Virus record (IMG/VR): IMGVR_UViG_3300049063_000008 | Span: 1-57,692 of that record | Reading direction: 5' to 3' (one strand) | Origin: a virus | Taxonomy: Duplodnaviria > Caudoviricetes | DNA length: 57,692 nucleotides | Part shown: piece by piece, positions 54,967-57,692 of the stretch | How positions within the stretch are numbered: the first letter of the stretch is position 1 | Layout: every line of letters starts with the position of its first letter | Notes under the pieces: generated by a model | Told to the model about the DNA's origin: nothing | What the model saw: only the letters and a program-made list of their open reading frames with translations | Databases searched by the model: none | Position numbers and translations under genes: made by a program

Positions 54967-55553
54967 GTACAACCTATGTCACATACGAATGGGCAGAGCC
55001 AGATCCAGATATCATTGCTCAACAGCTAATTGTAGTTGCTAACGAGCTAGATGATCTAGCAGAACCTATGGCTTTAGCTGGTGAAATTACAAGACTAGAT
55101 ATTCAGGAGAATTTCAATACGCAATCTGACCCATCTGGCGCTCCATGGCAGCCTTGGGCAGATAGCTACGAACCTTGGGCATTAGCACACGGTGCTGGAA
55201 GGATTCTACATCTTGAAGGTGCTCTACAAGGATCAATCAATTCACCATCAGCTTTCGTTCCTACACACGAAGGTCTATTTCTAGATACTTCGGGATTGCC
55301 TGAGTATTGGGCTTGGCACAACTTTGGTGCATACGAGAGGACGACAAAGAGCAGAGGCGAAGATGTATTTGGAACTATCGGCGGTAGTGAAAATCCACTG
55401 CCCGAACGTCCATTCGTAGGAACAAGTCCGGAAGCAAGAGCTAAGATGGACGCAGTATTCGCTCTATGGTTTGAAGGTACTATTTCAATCGTAATGGGCG
55501 GAAGAGGATCAAAGTTGCGCGGCCCTGGTGGTAGATTCATGAAAATGCCTTAA
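54963..55553 (+). CDS. Virion morphogenesis/neck protein (Mu gpG-like)
   Basis: F..QSDPSG.PW, L..SI, Y..WHNFG, LPERPFVG. Confidence 0.8.
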   Translation: MSTTYVTYEWAEPDPDIIAQQLIVVANELDDLAEPMALAGEITRLDIQENFNTQSDPSGAPWQPWADSYEPWALAHGAGRILHLEGALQGSINSPSAFVPTHEGLFLDTSGLPEYWAWHNFGAYERTTKSRGEDVFGTIGGSENPLPERPFVGTSPEARAKMDAVFALWFEGTISIVMGGRGSKLRGPGGRFMKMP

Positions 55554-55990
55554 TGCCATACTTCACAGAACCTGAACAGCTTTTAGACTTTGTGTACGCA
55601 CTATTCAATGACGATAAGGCGGCACTTGGCATTCAGTACGTTGGTTACTCTGATGAGAACATTCTGCCAAAGTACCCGGCTGTGGTGGTTTCAATCGGAG
55701 TACCCGTTCAACGAGAGCTATATGCCACTCGTACGTTCAGCCTAGAATTTCAGTTACAGGTAATTATTTACCACGCAAGAGTTACAGCTAGTCACAAGAC
55801 ACGGACAAAGGAGGATATGCAGATTGCCGCTAGAGTCAGGAACAAGCTGCATACAGACTACACGCTAGGCGGCGGTGTTATCTTTGGATTTGTCCGTTCT
55901 GAACGTCCGGGGGTTGTCGCCAATGCAAAAGGACAAGCCACGGTTTCGACAGTTATTACATGGTCTGGAAGTAGTAGAGCACCACTTTAA
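55553..55990 (+). CDS. Tail terminator-like protein
   Basis: KYPAVVV, D.TLGG.V; position before the tail tube. Confidence 0.65.
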   Translation: MPYFTEPEQLLDFVYALFNDDKAALGIQYVGYSDENILPKYPAVVVSIGVPVQRELYATRTFSLEFQLQVIIYHARVTASHKTRTKEDMQIAARVRNKLHTDYTLGGGVIFGFVRSERPGVVANAKGQATVSTVITWSGSSRAPL

Positions 55991-56001
55991 CGGGAGGGGC
56001 A

Positions 56002-56304
56002 ATGATCGAAGTAAAGATTGACCATCCAGAATTTCCAAAGGACATGGAATTTGATTTGGGTGGAATTCTTGCACTAAACGGCAAGGCAGTGAAGTTAGAT
56101 GAGGATGCAGAGCTAGCTTTCGTTGCTAGGCATCGACAGTCCGTTAAGGACAAGTTGGCAAACAACGAGTACATCACAGTTTCAGGTACAGCTAAGTACG
56201 GGCCGTCAGAAGTAGAAAAGATGTTCCCTGAGCCTGACACTGAACAACCGGAACTAGACGACGTTGTAGCACCTGAGCCAATTTCAGTAGGGGGTGAAAG
56301 CTAA
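56002..56304 (+). CDS. Hypothetical protein
   Basis: GGGAGG RBS. Confidence 0.6.
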   Translation: MIEVKIDHPEFPKDMEFDLGGILALNGKAVKLDEDAELAFVARHRQSVKDKLANNEYITVSGTAKYGPSEVEKMFPEPDTEQPELDDVVAPEPISVGGES

Positions 56305-56306
56305 AT

Positions 56307-57311
56307 ATGGCAACAACGCCAGGACTAGGCGGTGGAGGCTCAGTCGGCCTTGCATTTGAAACTACGATGGGTACGTATATTGCTCCGACTATCTTCGTTC
56401 CGATCATCAGCGAGAGTCTAGAGTATACGGAAGATAAGTACCTATCTGAGCAGATTAGGCAGCAGAGCATCCACAGTGAAGCAAAGCCCTCCTACTACCA
56501 TGTAGAGGGTGACATCGAAATGGAAGCTGATCCTAACTTCCTACCGTATTTCCTCTACGCAGGTAGACACATCATTACCAAAACCGCTGGCCCTCCGGCT
56601 GTTTACAAGTTCGTGCCGAGTAGTGCAGGTACAGCTAGTACAGCAGCAGGAGCAACAACTCCTAAGACCCTATCCATCACCGTAGTACGTAACGGTGAGG
56701 TATTCGGTTACGTCGGTTGTACGCTAGCAGGTTTTGAGTTTAGTGTCGATACTGATACAGGCGTACTGATGTGTACTGCCAACATCTTCGGGCTTGGTGA
56801 GGCTGTTCAGGCTGATCCAGCAGAAGCTTGGGTTGCACCACTACTCTTTGGTGCCGATGCACATAGGATCGTTCTCGATACCGCTGGTGCTGCTCCGACA
56901 TTTGCCGGTGCAGTAGACGTTAACCACAATGGCCTTACTTTCGGGGTTAACTTCAATGCTGAGGCACAGAACAGAGTACGTGCTGATCGGTCAGCAAGCT
57001 ACATCAGCTTCGGTATTACCGAAGGTACTGTATCTGCCGAGATTGACTTCCTAACTCGCGCAGACTACGATAACTTCAAGTCTACAAACAAGCGAGCCAT
57101 TCGTATGGAATCGCTAATCGGTGGTGCGACGCTAGCACTTGCAACACATGGCGTCCGTCTACAGGCAAATAACTACTTCTTCGATTCCTATAGCATTCCG
57201 CTAGAAGGGATGGGTGATCTAATCACAGCAGATACAGAAGGTAGAATGCTTGGTATCGCCGGTGGCGATGCTTACGAGGTTCACGTTAAGTCAGCGGCAG
57301 CAATCACATAG
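56307..57311 (+). CDS. Major tail tube protein
   Basis: GLAFETTMGT..APT.F.PI.SESL; 334 aa; precedes the chaperone and TMP. Confidence 0.85.
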   Translation: MATTPGLGGGGSVGLAFETTMGTYIAPTIFVPIISESLEYTEDKYLSEQIRQQSIHSEAKPSYYHVEGDIEMEADPNFLPYFLYAGRHIITKTAGPPAVYKFVPSSAGTASTAAGATTPKTLSITVVRNGEVFGYVGCTLAGFEFSVDTDTGVLMCTANIFGLGEAVQADPAEAWVAPLLFGADAHRIVLDTAGAAPTFAGAVDVNHNGLTFGVNFNAEAQNRVRADRSASYISFGITEGTVSAEIDFLTRADYDNFKSTNKRAIRMESLIGGATLALATHGVRLQANNYFFDSYSIPLEGMGDLITADTEGRMLGIAGGDAYEVHVKSAAAIT

Positions 57312-57320
57312 GACTAAAAA

Positions 57321-57356
57321 TGTGCTCCCTGTCTTGGCCGTAGGACAGGGAGCACA
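57321..57356 (+). terminator. Strong hairpin after the tail tube gene
   Basis: TGTGCTCCCTGTCT/GGACAGGGAGCACA; no U tract on +, U tract on -. Confidence 0.5.
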
Positions 57357-57373
57357 AACTACAGGAGGTAACA

Positions 57374-57607
57374 ATGGCAGCTATTGCAATTAACACAGGT
57401 GAGATTCTTCATCGGGAGGAACTTTTCTATCCCGATTACAATCCTTCGACTAATTTCTTTTCAACGGTATTTGACCAGCCAGGAGTTGTAGGCGTAATTG
57501 GGAGCAAGGAGGCTATTGAAGAGACTTCCCGTCTAATGGAAAGTAGAGCACATCTACAGGAGTTGCGTATAGAGCTAGAACGCAGAGAACGACGACTACA
57601 GCGGTAG
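57374..57607 (+). CDS. Hypothetical protein
   Basis: AGGAGGT RBS. Confidence 0.6.
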   Translation: MAAIAINTGEILHREELFYPDYNPSTNFFSTVFDQPGVVGVIGSKEAIEETSRLMESRAHLQELRIELERRERRLQR

Positions 57608-57692
57608 TACCACTACAGGAGAGAACAGGAGAGAGTGTTATGCCAGTTGGAACCGTAACATCAGAACCACAGCGTTTTGATCTAAAGTCGCT
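57442..57692. repeat. Terminal direct repeat, copy 2
   Basis: Matches 1-251 with one mismatch. Confidence 0.95.

Overview
This window looks like a complete, circularly permuted genome (about 57.44 kb; positions 1-251 recur at 57442-57692 with one mismatch) of a tailed siphovirus-like phage. The host is probably a monoderm, Actinomycetota-like bacterium; this is inferred from the CHAP endolysin with no spanin or LysB, an actinobacterial-type secreted transglycosylase and a leaderless promoter. The + strand carries the morphogenesis and lysis genes (42122-57692 continuing into 1-12039): small and large terminase, a repeat-rich fibre module, portal, S49 protease/scaffold, capsid, head-tail proteins, tail tube, a frameshifted tail chaperone, tape measure, tail tip, endolysin and holins. 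The - strand carries early/middle genes (12108-41947): UDG-PolA fusion, primase-helicase, RuvC-like resolvase, SSB/Sak4/Cas4-like recombination trio, SNF2 helicase, deaminase, MazG-like protein, SprT-like protein and many small ORFs. No integrase was recognised. The most striking feature is a ~1.6 kb stretch with no ORF of 60 aa or more (29647-31229). It is a back-to-back array of about 14 stem-closed structured RNAs, mostly favouring the - strand, and includes a tmRNA with an atypical tag, a tRNA mimic, and three modules sharing the same GAGCUACG/CGUAGCUC closing stem. The array lies downstream of a consensus promoter and a ~100-aa protein. A paralog of that protein, with its own promoter, precedes a second small RNA cluster containing a tRNA minihelix (39319-39537). 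This suggests an undescribed phage protein + ncRNA system. All calls come from motif reading and hand folding; no database searches were run.
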